NCBI RefSeq assembly: GCF_032191835.1
Contig: NC_083223.1
Coordinates: 143,282,001-143,346,000, forward strand
DNA from: Heteronotia binoei
Lineage: Eukaryota
Reading direction: 5' to 3'
Length of the DNA: 64,000 nucleotides
Part shown: in pieces, positions 47,374 through 60,160 of the stretch
How positions within the stretch are numbered: the stretch's first letter is position 1
Layout of the letters: the number at the start of each line of letters is the position of its first letter
Made by a program: the position numbers and the translations under genes
Notes under the pieces: model-generated
Told to the model about the DNA's origin: nothing
The model's input: only the letters and a program-made list of their open reading frames with translations
The model's database searches: none

Positions 47374-49149
47374 GATATCTGACCATACGGGCATTGGTGA
47401 ACCAGTAGTTCCCTTTGTGCTCCAGAAGGACTTGCACATAGTGGAGAACTTTTACTTCAACTTGACTTCCAAAGGTAAACTTGTCTGCCTTCTTTACAAG
47501 TTCTGCGACAGCCGCTACTGAACGCAAACATGGGGGCCACCCTTTTGCTAGAGTGTCTAATTGCTTAGACAAATATGCCACTGGTCTGGGCCAAGATCCC
47601 AGCAATTGAGTTAGAACACCTGCAGCTATTCCTTCTCGCTCATGCACATACAGAGTAAAAAGCTTGTCAGTATCAGGTAGTCCCAGAGCTGGGGCCTTGA
47701 TGAGCTGACGTTTTAAAGCTTCAAAGGAATTTTGACATTGCTCTGTCCATTCAAAAGGTGCTTTTTCTCCCCCCTTAGTGGCTTCGTATAAGGTCTTAGC
47801 TGTTATGGCAAAATTGGGGAGCCAAATTCTGCAGAACCCTGCTGCTCCTAAGAATTCTCTCAGCTGGCGCCTGGTAGTGGGCACAGGAATGGCACACACA
47901 GTCTCTTTTCGCTCCCTGCCTAACTGCCGTCTGCCCTGGGATATATGGAAGCCTAAAAATTCACTGTCTCTTGGCATAGCTGAGCTTTCTTCCGAGACAC
48001 TTTATATCCAGCCTCAGTCAGAAGTGTTAGCAGGGCAGCAGTGGCACCTTGGCAAGTCTGTTAGTCTCTGGCCCCTATCAGAATATCATCAACATACTGA
48101 AGACACACAACTTCTCCTGGCACAGTTGGGAACTGGCTCAAGTCCTTACTGAGGGCATTACCAAAAAGGGTGGGCGAATTTTTGAATCCCTGGGGTAAAC
48201 GGGTCCATGTATATTGCAGCTTTCTACCAGTCTTTTTTTCCTCCCACTGGAAGACAAACAGTGGCTGACTTTCAGGTGCCAGTCTTAAACAAAAGAACAC
48301 ATCCTTGAGATCTGCCACTGAGAAGTAAGTGGCTGAGGCAGGTATAAGTCCCAGCAAGACATATGGTTTTGGAATGACAGAATGCAAAGTCTGTGTGCAA
48401 GAATTAAAAGAGCGTAGGTCCTGTACTGACCTGTAATCGTGGGTGCCCGGCTTCTGGACTGGCAAAAGGGGACTGTTCCATGGAGACTGACATTCTACAA
48501 GAATTCCATATTCAAGAAGCCTGTCAAGGTGTTTCCGGATGCCAGTTACTGCCTTCTTAGGGATCGGGTACTGGCGTTCTCGGACTGAAACGGCCCCTGG
48601 GATTAATTCTACCTTAATAGGCACATGGTTTACTGCTAGCCCAGGCGGGTTTTCTTCTGCCCATACGTCTGGAAATTGTTGAACCCTGACTTCTGACATG
48701 GCCATTACAGGAGCTGATTGGTGACGCCTCCACTCCTCTTCTCGGGGGCATTCTAAAACATATACACCTTGATAATGTAATTTGCCTTCTGAGGTTATGT
48801 AAGGCAGCTCAAAGTTCATTTAACTTTCTAATTCAAAAGTCAATTCAGCTCTGAACTTGGAAAGCAAATCTCTTCCCATTAGTGGCACTGGGCAATCAGG
48901 AAAATGGACAAAATTGTGACGGACCACATAGCCTCCTACTGTACAAGTTCGTTTGGCTAGAAGTGGTCTGAATTGTTTATGCCCTGTAGCTCCAATTATA
49001 TTAATATACTTGCAAATTGAAGGGGCAATCTTATAAGGCACAACAGATCACGCAGCCCCAGTATCCACAAGGAATGCGATCTCCCGACCCTCAACATCAA
49101 CTGTGACCATAGGCTCTGCAGGGTCAGGACTGTCGGTGCCCGGTCAGTC

Positions 49150-51083
49150 CTAGTCATCCCATTCTTCCAGCCCAACCAAGCCCTGAACAGGCTCTTCTTC
49201 GTTTCTCCTATATCTGCCATTCTGAACTTGGCCTCATCCTCTTCCCCTCACACTGGCTCCTCTGTTCCCCCAGCCTTTAAACTCCAATCCTGTCATCTGT
49301 CTAGGAGCGTTTTGAATTTCTTGTGTGCGGAGGGGGGGTCGATTCAGGCATGAATCTTTCCAGTGCCCCAAATCCATACAAAACACACACTGGTTTGGAT
49401 CCAAATTGGTCATCACCGTTCTTTGATTTCTGCCATTCATTCCTTGCCCTTGAGCAGCCCCTCTGCCTCTTATAGGTGGCTACCCAGCCAAAGCTACTGC
49501 CAACAAATCAGCCTTCTTTTTCATCTTTCTTTCTGCCTCCCGCTTCTGGTCTGCATCCCGATTGGCATAAACTTTCTGGGCAATCTCTAACAGTTGGGAT
49601 AAATTCATGCCAGCAAAGCCATCTTGCTTCTGAAGCTTTTTGGAAATGTCAGCATAGGATTGAGCAACAAAAGCTATATTTACCATGCGCAAGTTCACTG
49701 CAGCCACAGGTTCGAATGGAGTGTACATTCGGAATACCTCCATCATGCGCTCAGCAAAAGCTCCAGGGCTTTCATCCATTCTCTGGAGTACTTCACTGAC
49801 TTTAGACATATTAATGGGCTTCTTGCCTGCTTTTTTCATCCCTTCTAAGATTGCCTGTCTGTATTCTGGTAGACACTCTTTGGAAATCTGAGAATTGGGG
49901 TCCCAGATTGGATCTGTTGCAGGAAAACGGGCCTTTATCCACTCCTCTCTGTCTGCAGTTCCCTGAGGAACTTTTCCTTCTACATGTTTTTGAGCATAAT
50001 GCATGATACGGCTTCTCTCCTCAGTTGTGAAGAGGGCCCGTAAAAGCTGCTGACAGTCTGCATAGGTAGGCTGATGCGTAGCCATAATACTGGTTAGCAG
50101 ATTTGTCATTAGGACAGGGTTATCAGAAAATGCAACAGTATGGGTTTTCCACTTTACTAGATCACTTGAAGTGAAAGGCACATACATGTATCGGGTCTCA
50201 ATACTGGGGACAGGCTGTTGAGGGATATGGACTTCCCGAAGGGGAGCTAGCAGTGAGCCCTCTGTGCTGGATGTAAAACCTGGAAAAGTTGAGGGTGAAG
50301 CCGTAGAAGAACTGGAAGTTTTCTCAGTACTTGATGAGAGTTCTGTATGCAAGGGAGACTCAGGAGCTGAATTAAAACTTGCAGCCAACCTCTGACTATT
50401 AAACACAGGTGTGGAATAACGAGGAACTGTTGCAAAAAATGGTTGCTCTGAAAACAACTGCTGAACCGAATTTGGAGTTCGCAGGGGTGTCGCTCACCCT
50501 TTTCCAGCTCTAGCTCCTTCTCTATTTCCTGGCTCTCTTCATCAAAGGATTTTAAAGCACCCTTAGCTAGCTGCGCTTGATCCTTGCCATCAGTACCGCC
50601 TTCTGCTGCCTCAGCATCTCCTTCAGCTGGCTGCATCAGGAGAAGAGGGTATACTGGAACATATGGCGGGGGATTAGCCAAGGGGTCTTCAGGATCGGCA
50701 TCTAACAATGGAGGCTTTTCCTGATGCAAAGCCATAGCTTGACTTGTAGCTTTATCAGTGGCCCTCTGAGCCCACTTTTTCTTTATGGTCTGTAACTTCT
50801 CTGGCCACCAACAAGACTTCTGCACTGTAGCTGCCCAACTATCAATTTAAGGAAACTGACTTTAACAAGTTGGGGACTGTACCACGCTCTTATAAACTCG
50901 CTAAACCAAGCCTTGGTCAAAGCTACCCTTGGGTGGCGATTCTACATGTAAGGCCACCCAGTCGTTCTGACATAACGCTTTCAGAGTTTCAGGAGTCAGT
51001 TTGACTCCATAATCATCACAGAAATGTTCCTTAAAATTCTTACACATATATTCTAGCGGAGTTTTTGACTGAATTCCACCCAT
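49150..51083 (-). pseudogene. gag: gag (MA, PPPY late domain, gamma-type CA, single CCHC NC)
   Basis: MGGIQS start, NPPPYVP, YVPFTSSDLVKWK, MHR QRMDESPGAF, CVFCMDLGHWKDSC. TAG at 49150-49152, in frame with pro. Confidence 0.93.
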
Positions 51084-51658
51084 GGCACCAGACGTTTAGA
51101 CAAGACACGCTTTGAAACACAGAGGGTAGGGAGGGTGAGCTACCAGTGGGATTCTGACAACTCCAGACATAAAGGAAGCCTTATCCAATTGCTTCCCCAC
51201 TTCCCCAGCTCAGACGCACTCGCGTGGCTGAGAACCTCGGTACCGGTGGGTACAAAAATTGCTTGGAGGCTGTGCCTCCTCTCATTCACATACACACACA
51301 CATATACCACAGAAATCCTCCCAGATGCTAGCCTTTGTGCTTCAGCGCCAGAATGGAGCCTACTGAACAGGGCTTAAGGGGTGATCAGACCCTTCTTCTC
51401 TCCTAAGGAGAGGTAATCCAGATTCCCAGACAGTTCATACTCACAATCCTGAAGATCTTCCGATTCCCTGCACACGTCGGTTCAACCAGGCGTGGGATCT
51501 TTGTTGACTGGCCGGGTACCTTCTCCCACTGGGGCAAAGAGAGCTGGACTCGATCAAAAATGTGACCATAGTGCCTAGTCTGTTCTTCCCGCCATGAGGG
51601 TGGAAGGCAAACGGTTTATGCAGCCAGCCCAAGGGGTAGGAAAAATCCTCCCCATCAT

Positions 51659-51677
51659 TTCCCGACCAATCGCACCA
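51659..51677 (-). promoter_or_regulatory. Primer-binding site, tRNA-Gly-like
   Basis: TGGTGCGATTGGTCGGGAA differs from the tRNA-Gly(TCC) complement TGGTGCGTTGGCCGGGAA (recalled) by one insertion and one substitution. Confidence 0.7.
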
Positions 51678-51683
51678 TTGTAA

Positions 51684-52124
51684 TGTAGCAGGAAAATAAC
51701 GGAGCCGCACACTTACTGGTATGAAACAAAGTATTTTACTACTGGTACCATTAGCAGGGTTCAACTGAGCATCATTGCTCTAAAAATACTGAACCTTCCT
51801 CCCTGATCCTCAGACCGTCTTTTTAAGCACAAAACAAGCGTAGAAGGCAGGCCCTACAAATTATCTGATTCAACATTCCCCCACCCCCTTGCTTCCCTTC
51901 TAGTATTTTTCCATTCCTCTTGTCCCCCTGCGTTATTAGCTTTAGCAAAAAGCTTCACAGAGAGGCCTCTCTGTTATCCAATATACATCTGTGAATTCAC
52001 GCCCATTGAAGGCTGTCTGCTTCTAACACATTGCATCAGACACCCTTTTTGCTTTTGAAGGCAAAAACATATTTTCATTGGTTATTATAGGGGTATTCAT
52101 TAATTATTCAGGGGTCCCCCTTCA
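51684..52124 (-). repeat. ERV 5' LTR
   Basis: Direct repeat of 41830-42270, followed on the minus strand by the PBS. Confidence 0.95.
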
Positions 52125-53620
52125 CTCTTCTGGCTGTCTCTTCTTTTTATCTAGTTTCTTCAGGAAGACAATCAGAGGAGGATTATTGTATTATATTAGA
52201 GAGTCCCATCTTATAAGATTTAAAATACTATTTCTAAGAAGGATAGCTGTCTATTTTGTTCTAGACATACAAGACAGGTAAATTATCCCAGGTTTCTATA
52301 AAGGAAAATTCTTGAGCATACTGACAGGGTGGGGGTAGAATAGTGTGGGAACGCCACTCAATTGAGGATTGAGCTGTACACATGATGAGCAATTGTGTGA
52401 TTCTTTACCTCAGCTTTTAATGTAAATCAGTCTCTGATGCTGCCAGTGAGAAGGGAAAGGGTTGAGGAAGGAAATTTCCTGAATGCTTTCTCTTCCTGTA
52501 AAGCAACTTAAAGTGTATGCTTTTGAGGGGGAAACAGTAGGAAGGGGAAGTATTAAGTAACCCAGCTCCTAACTACTCTTCTTACTCACAACAGCAGCTG
52601 CTGAGGTTGCTTTTTTATTTTTAAACTAAGTAAAGGAATCACATCACTGATAATCTTGCACAGCTTGTGCCTGAAAGAATTTTCTGTATCCTGCAGGCTT
52701 ATGCATTGAAGGGACAAACAGTCCCAAGAGCTACATTTTGTGTGTTAAAGCACTGAAATGAGTTAATCATTCTGGGATTGAGTTCCTGAGCAAACTTTTC
52801 ATTCTAATGTACAAACAAAAAGTTTCAGGTAATATCCCTAAACTGGCAAAAAAAACCAAGAAGTTGGGTGTGTGTGTTTTAAGATACAGGAAAACTCTTG
52901 AATTATACATTTATAATTCTCAGAAACATGTACTATTGACTCAGCCCACTGCAATAAAATTACCTTGATGAGACTATAATGACTATTGACTCAGCATAAC
53001 AACAACAACAAAATTGCATTAAAATAAGCTCTGGCCCAGACAAAGGTGGGGAAAATACAGTTTCATGCAGGAGTGAGAGCTCTTAGAGAATATTTGAAAA
53101 GTATTCCGTTTAAAACGTACAGAGAGGCCTCCAAAAAATAGATTACATAATTAATGTATGAAAATGTTAAATAAAGAATGAGTGGAGAAGGTTGGGAAAG
53201 GATTGATCTTTATTATCTGTATTGTTCTTTGTAAAACTGAAAATGTTTCCTTTTAAGCCAAACAAATTAATGACATTAGAATAAAATAGTATTTTAGAAC
53301 TTGAGAGATGTGTTGAATTTATAATTCAGTACTACTTACAGCTTTTCTACAACCATTACCACCTTCAGCACACAAAGCCACATTACTAGGTTAAGTGCTG
53401 AATGAGTATGGCCACAGAAACCAAAAACATTTCCTTGGAAAACAGTTGCATGTGCACTGCATGTAATAAAATAAAACATATCTTTACATTTAAACACATA
53501 TAAAGTACTGGATAAAATGTATCCTAAATTCATTTCTCAGGGTCACTTGAAAGCAAATATTTTGTTCATGAAAATAAAAACATTAGTGCTCACATAGGTC
53601 TAGGGTTCCTCACATAGGTC

Positions 53621-53899
53621 TAGGGGTGCCAAGTTCCCGCAGCTGGTGGCCACCAGTTTAGAGTTTCCACCCAAATTGCCAGAGCATCCCAGCAAAACCA
53701 TACAGTTCCCCCCCAATTCCTAGAGTGTCCCCACACGAAGTGCCCAGCGCAATATGTCACTTCCGGGTGCTGTCATCGCATCATGCATGATGGGGCTCTT
53801 TGGGGGCAGGGATTCCCCCCATTAGCTACTCTGTGCCAGTGGGTTGAGGGCCTCAAAACTGGGGAAAATCGCACACCCTGCGGGAGCTTGGGAAGCCTA
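53621..53899. mobile_element. hAT MITE
   Basis: taggggtgccaag...tgggaagccta ends. Confidence 0.65.
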
Positions 53900-53903
53900 C
53901 ATA

Positions 53904-54556
53904 CAGTATATCACAGAAGTGAGTACACCCCCCCCCCCACATTTTGTAAATATTTAAGTATATCTTTTCATATGACAACACTGAAGAAATGACATTTGGC
54001 TACAATGTAAAGTAGTGAGTCTACAGCTGGGGCTGCACGAGTGCTGCCGGCACTGGGGAGCTACAGTTCATTGAGGGAACCATGAATTCCAACATGTATT
54101 GTGACATACTGAAGCAGAGCATGATCTTCAGAGACTAGGGTGCAGGGCAGTATTCCAATGTGATAATAACCCCAAACACACCTCCAAAACAACCACTGCC
54201 TTGCTAAAGAAGCTGAGGGTAAAGGTGATGGACTGGCCAAGCATGTCTCCAGACCTAAACCCTATTGAGCATCTGTGAAGCATCCTGAAACGGAAGGTGG
54301 AGATGCACAAGGTCTCTAACATCTACCAGCTACATGCTGTCGTCATGGAAGAGGACTCCAGTGGCAACCTGTGAAGCTCTGGTGAACTCTATGCCCAAGA
54401 GGGTTAAGGCAGTGCTGGAAAATAATGGTGGCCACACAAAATATTGACACTTTGGGCCCCATTTATTATCACTCACTTTTATTGCCAGCAGTTTAGACAT
54501 TAATGGCTGTATGCTGCGTAATTTTGAGGGGACAGCACATTTATACTGTTATACAA
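53904..54556 (+). mobile_element. Tc1-family transposon remnant (internal deletion, right TIR lost)
   Basis: TA followed by a cagtatatcacagaagtgagtacacc [12 protein letters not shown]...[12 protein letters not shown] has exactly 34 residues between D and E. Confidence 0.88.
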
Positions 54557-55509
54557 GACTTCTGCTGAAACAAGAACATATTCAGCCACTGAAAAGCCTC
54601 CTAAGTTGACTGAAGACTTCTTACAATGGAGGAAAGTGCCTTGATTAGCAATATGCATCTATAGGATCCTACACATTGTTGACAAAGGTTTTTGACACAT
54701 GTGACTTTTTATTGTCTGTTTGTTTATGTAAGCATTTAAATTATCATCTGCCTCACACCTTTCAAATTAGCCAGGATAGAAGCTCAAATAAAGTAAAAAC
54801 AGTATGCCCTTCATCGCCTGGGAACAAAATGCTCCCTTTTATTTCTGGTATAACAATCAGAGATCATGCCAGATACGTCAGGCCAACAGGTGAAGAGGCC
54901 GAACATGCACAAAAATCAACTTCTGTTCCATTCTTTGTGAACCTTTCCTCTGAATTCTCTCTCTATGTAGGGCATCATGTATGGTGCCGTTTACATGATG
55001 TTTCCACTAATTATTTCAATACGCTATGGAATTCTTTAGTTATTTGTGATCTTGCCCTCAAATGGTAAAAAACAAAACATGCCAACTATAGTTCCAAACT
55101 CTTAACCCACCAGCTTGTTAAAGCAGTTTGTAATCCATACCTTCAAATGCATCCTTAAAAACAAACAAACATACACCAACAAATACCCTGCAATAAATAT
55201 TTAGAAAACTCAGACCCAAATTACTACCCAAAGGAAAAGGAGAGTTCTGTTCCCAGATGATGGGGGACATATTTTCATTATTTTATCTCAACCGCTATAT
55301 CTCCTAATTTGCTACCTATATCCATTGAGAGAAAGAAATTCACAAACAATGGAATTAAACACACTAATAGGATCACCTGCTGGCCTATGAGAAAACATTT
55401 AGCCGAGAGAGAGCCAAAGGAAGTCAGAGAAAATAGAAATCTATCATGACACATATAATTTTGTCAGTGCAAGGGCCAGACATATCTGGAAGCCAAGGAG
55501 GTCACTGAG

Positions 55510-55640
55510 TAGGCAGGTAGGCAAGTAGGCATGAAAAACCTCAGCATGAGACCCTGGAGAGCCACTGCCAGTCTGAGTAGACAATACTGACTTTGATAGA
55601 CTGATAGATTCAGTAGAAGGCAGCTTCATATGCTCATATG
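55510..55640 (+). mobile_element. SINE 3' part (Squam3-like)
   Basis: gagaccctggagagccactgccagtctgagtagacaatactgac...ggcagcttcatatg. Confidence 0.6.
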
Positions 55641-56488
55641 TTCAACAGAAATCCTGCCTGAGAGACTGAACATGCAATATATAACGCCTCTCTGATAAAC
55701 CTGGGGAACATTTTAGGAGTTTCTGAAAGTGTGCATTTCATCTACTGTTCTGTTGCTACACAAGTTTTGAACACAGTATGTTCTCTCTAGTGGACATTTT
55801 ACAAGGCAGATGGAAATCACAAGGGTCCTAAGTTGCCTGTTAAATTAGATGAGTTGATTTGCTTTCTATAGTATTATCAGGCATAAAAGTTGAAACAAAT
55901 GGTGTCTACAGGAATTGCTCTTAAAAAAAAAGAACAAAAAACCCACCAATCAAACAAATAAAATCCAACAGTGGTATGACTAGCCAAGCAAAAGACATTT
56001 TAAGAAGTACCTCATGTCAGCCCACAGAACAACTCAGTTTGATTAGTGGATGGTTCCTATTTATCACTTAGAGCTGAAAGTTTCCTATTATGTCTCCTTG
56101 TCAGTTGTTATCATCTGATAATAACTGGTGAGAGAGGGGATTGGTTCTTCATTCAATCAATCAGTCACTGAAAAAATAATAAGGGTGATGCTTGATTTCT
56201 GTAAAAAGCAGTGGCATGACATAACTGCTTTCAGTAATATAAGCAGGAGGCTAAAGATATTGTGTGTTACCTGCTATCCTATGTCAAGCATGTAAACTCT
56301 CATGGAAAGTAATGCAGTCCCCCAAGAGTTGTGCCATGCGATGTTGAGTGTAGGTTGACTTAGAATATTTTGTTCAATCATTGACATTTTCTGTTGGTCT
56401 GAGCTGTATAAAAATGTGGCTTTGAATATTACATTGGGTTATACCAGGGGATAGAAAACCCAATGCACAAGCACATGCTGATTCCTAG

Positions 56489-56642
56489 GTTTTTAAACAG
56501 AGGCTGGATGGCCATCTGACAGCAATGAAGATCCTGTGAATTTAGGGGAAGGTATTTGGGAGTTTCCTGCATTGTGCAGGGGGTTGGACTAGATGACCCT
56601 GGAGGTCCCTTCCAACTCTATGATTACGTGATTCTATTCTCT
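56489..56642 (+). mobile_element. CR1 3' end
   Basis: ggttggactagatgaccc...ggtcccttccaactctatgatt...attctattct, the canonical CR1 terminus. Confidence 0.88.
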
Positions 56643-59137
56643 ACCCTTCTTTTCAATATTAAAAATGGAACTTCTCTATAGCTTGCCTTCACAAGCAGAT
56701 ATCTGTGCTTCCCACAGAGACTATTATAAAATGCCTATGTTCCATTTTGAATGTTGAAAGGAAGCACAGATAACAGGTGCATGGGCAGACTGAGAAGGGA
56801 AAAGGAGCCTGGAAAAGGGCCCACAATCCAGTCCACCCTGGTCCCAACCCCCAAGGAATAATGGAGGGAGGGAAGAACAAGTCTACCCAGCCGGTCCCAC
56901 AGAGCAAGGCTTGGTCAGGCACTCTGTTTGCTGCACCAGCTCAGCAAGCCTCCACATCCTCTGACAGGTGAAGTGGAGCTTGGTGCATCCCTCACCACAT
57001 CAGGTCGGGCCCCTCATCTTTTTATTTGACCACCTCCCACTTGGGGCCCAATTGGCCCTGGTGGGGGCAGCCCCTTGGAGCCTTCAGTCCATTGGGACTT
57101 TTCTTGATGGCCTTAATGACCAATCCACCCTCAACCAGGAGGCACCCCACTAATACTGCAGGTTCCTCTGTATTACAAACAGTTATAGCTGCTCTCTGAG
57201 TTGTTCAGTTGGAGAATAATGATTAATTTCATTTTATCATCAGTCTAAGCCTGCTCTTTTTTAATGTGCCTTTCAACAAACTACTTTTTAAACCACTGAA
57301 TTTTTAATATATATAACATTCATTAAAAACAGATTAAAGATGTCAAAGTAATCTTGATCCAATAATTGGAAACTAAACAAATCTTAGTTGCACTAAATTG
57401 ACAGGAACCATTTTATAAATGAATCTTTAAAACTTTTTACCAGAATTACTTGCAGTTTAAAAAACAAAACAAAAACCTGTCATTTGCAATATAACCACTA
57501 TCTGCATATACACATGAAGAGATATCTGTTGATATTTTAAAAATAGTATTTCCACTTACACCATGTTATGGATGCTTCTTTAAAAAGATGTGACAGTTTT
57601 TGAAATAAACTGATATTCTGTCTTTTTTTTTTTTTACAAATTGCTGTTCTTATTTCCTTTTAACTGCTTAAAAATGGAATAGAAATTGCTCATCATTATA
57701 ATATCGTTAGAATCCTGCATTCATTTTTTCAGTACAATCCTATGCAGATATTTAGGGAAAATATTTCATGTTGTTTTGGTTTATTTTAGTAACCTCAAGT
57801 GGAGCTTCTAATTGCCTGGGGCAGCAATAGGAAGCTTGTGAGAGAGGGAAGAAAAATTGTAATGGTGTTAAGGAACAGTCTTGCTAGCAAATACAAAGAT
57901 ATATTGGAGAGAAGATAGAAAATTAGGATTGGCAGTCTCTAGCAACCGGCAAGAGGAGGGGATAGGGAAATGATGACATGACCTCACTTCCAGCACAAAT
58001 CCAGAAGTGACATCATCATGGTAGTGTGCCACTCTAGTATCCCCCTCTCCAACTCTATGATTTTACTTCATAGAGTTTAGGGGTGAATTTTAAAGTACTG
58101 CACAACCATGGAGATATCAATTTCAAATTTGAACTGCAAGTAACTTTGTGCCATTGGTATAACAGTGCTTTTCTCACAGTTTTCCCCTCTGCCACTTCAC
58201 TGAACAGCAGCAGGGATAGCAGGTAGATAGCAGGAGGTTTCCTGCCACAGCAGGAGACCTGGTATGCCAATCAAGAATGCAGGAAGAATTTTGTATCCCC
58301 ACTGCACACTGTTTATTGGGGCTAAGAAGTACACTTTCAGCATGGAGGGAAAAGCATAAAAAAATCTACAGATAAAAAGGTGTCCGATTAATTTATCATC
58401 TACCAAGCTACTAGATAAACGAGAAAACTTCCTCGTTTTCCACTTTCAACTTCCACTTGAAACTTCCTATGACATCTTCAAATAATGCAAGTCTGCAAAT
58501 GACAAACAAACTCCCTTGGCTGCGAAACTGCATGGAAGATAGTTAAAATGAGTTTACTCCTCTGTTTGATTAAAAATATTCCCAAAATATTGGAATTATG
58601 AAGGAATGGACTCGCATGTCGTTCTCTCTTCCTTCTAGTTGGTCCCAGAGAGATCAGAAAATACCTGCAGCCATCCCAAGTCTCTGCTTGATGACTATTT
58701 CCCTTTCCTTCACTCTCTGGAGGATCCTTTATACAAACTGAGTAAAGACAGGTTGCTTACCTGTAACTGTAGATCTTCGAGTGGTCATCTGTGCATTCAC
58801 ACTCATGGGATAGAGCGTCTGGACCAATCCCCGAATCGGTACCTAAAAAGCCTGGGATTTTTTCGCGCTCGGCACCAGCGGGCATGTGCAGGCGTCCCAG
58901 TACACATGCTTGCTGGCGCCAGTGCAAGGATCCCACCAGTTCCTTCCTGACCGCTGGAAACCCCTACTGGAGGGAGACCATCAGCAGTGGGAAGAAGGGC
59001 GGGTAGTGTGAATGCACAGATGACCACTCAAAGATCTACAGTTACAGGTAAGCAATCTGCCTATCTTCTTCATGGTCTCTGTGCTTCACACTCAAGGGAG
59101 ATTAGCAAGCAAGACATACGTGGAGGCGGGAAGACGG

Positions 59138-60160
59138 TCAACCAGAAGAAACAGCTTGCAGCTCCACAGCTCCCAGACGAGTCCTCTTCTGAGCATGCAC
59201 ATCCAGAGCGTAGTGCTTTATGAAAGCATGCGGGGAGGACCAGGTGGCAGCCTTGCACACATCTGTCAGGGAAACGCCTTTCAGGAATGCCACCGACGTC
59301 GCCATCACTCTTGTAGAGTGTCCACGAATGGGCCCAGGCAACGGCTTCTTTGTCAACAAATAATACAGTTTAATAGTCTCAGTGAGCCACTTTGAAAGCC
59401 GCTGAGACGAGATTCTGGAACCCAACTTAGGAGCAGCATAAGAAACAAAAAGATGCTGGTCCTTATGAAAACTTTTGGGGCAACTCAAAAGAATAAGGCA
59501 CGCTTAACATCTAGAGCATGCCACCTACGTTCCTCATCTGAGGAAGGTGTAGGATAAAATGTGGACAACCAAACTTCTAACTTAAGGTGAAACTGAGAAA
59601 TCACCTTGGGGAGAAAAGAAATATCAGGAGCTAACGACACTCCAGACTCCTGAAAAACTAGATATGGGTAGTCACAACACATAGCCGTGAGCTCCCCTGC
59701 ACGGCATGCTGATGTGATCGCTACCAAAAAAGCAGTCTTCCAAGATAGAAGCTGTAACGAACAAGTGGCCATTGACTCGAAGGGATGCCGATTCAACCTG
59801 TCCAACACTAAAGTCAAGTCCCACAACTGTGGGGGTGATCTCAATGGAGGATGAAGCCTAAGCAAACCCTTCAAAAACCTCTTAGAATGAGGGTGTGCAA
59901 AAACTGAATGCCCCTCAACTGGCTCATGGAACACAGATATTGCTGCCAAATAAACTTTAACCGATGAAAAGGCAAGGCCAGCCTCCACCAGAGATAACAA
60001 AAATTCAAAAATCACCAATAGTTCCACCCGTTGGGGTGAGACTGCAGGATCAACTAAAAACTGAAGAAACTTCCACCACTTCCTGTCATAGGAAGCATGG
60101 ATAGACAACTTCCTGCTTTTTAGGAAGATGTGTTGGACTCTGCTGGAGAACTCACAGGGT
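59138..60160 (-). pseudogene. DIRS tyrosine recombinase, one frameshift
   Basis: TSACRAGEL, GHSTRVMATS and AATWSSPHAFIKHY. Frame change near 59485. Confidence 0.9.

Larger units (their letters stand above)
44182..49149 (-). pseudogene. pol: pro-pol (PR, RT, RNase H, IN), disrupted; L2 inserted in the RT-RNase H connection
   Basis: FLVDTGA; SPWNSPLLPVQK, LPQGFKNSP, QYVDD; YYTDGSS; VDFTEMP; GDNVWVKNW. Confidence 0.95.
41830..52124 (-). mobile_element. Full-length class I endogenous retrovirus (LTR-gag-pro-pol-env-LTR), defective
   Basis: Paired 441-bp LTRs, 4-bp TSD ctct (41826-41829, 52125-52128), PBS, PPT, and all four genes recognisable. Confidence 0.97.

Noticed and set aside
53588-53624. 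17-bp direct repeat ctcacataggtctaggg
   Set aside because: A local slippage-type duplication at a MITE end; two units only, not an array.
54676-55068. 130-aa ORF
   Set aside because: Non-ATG start, no splice or domain support.
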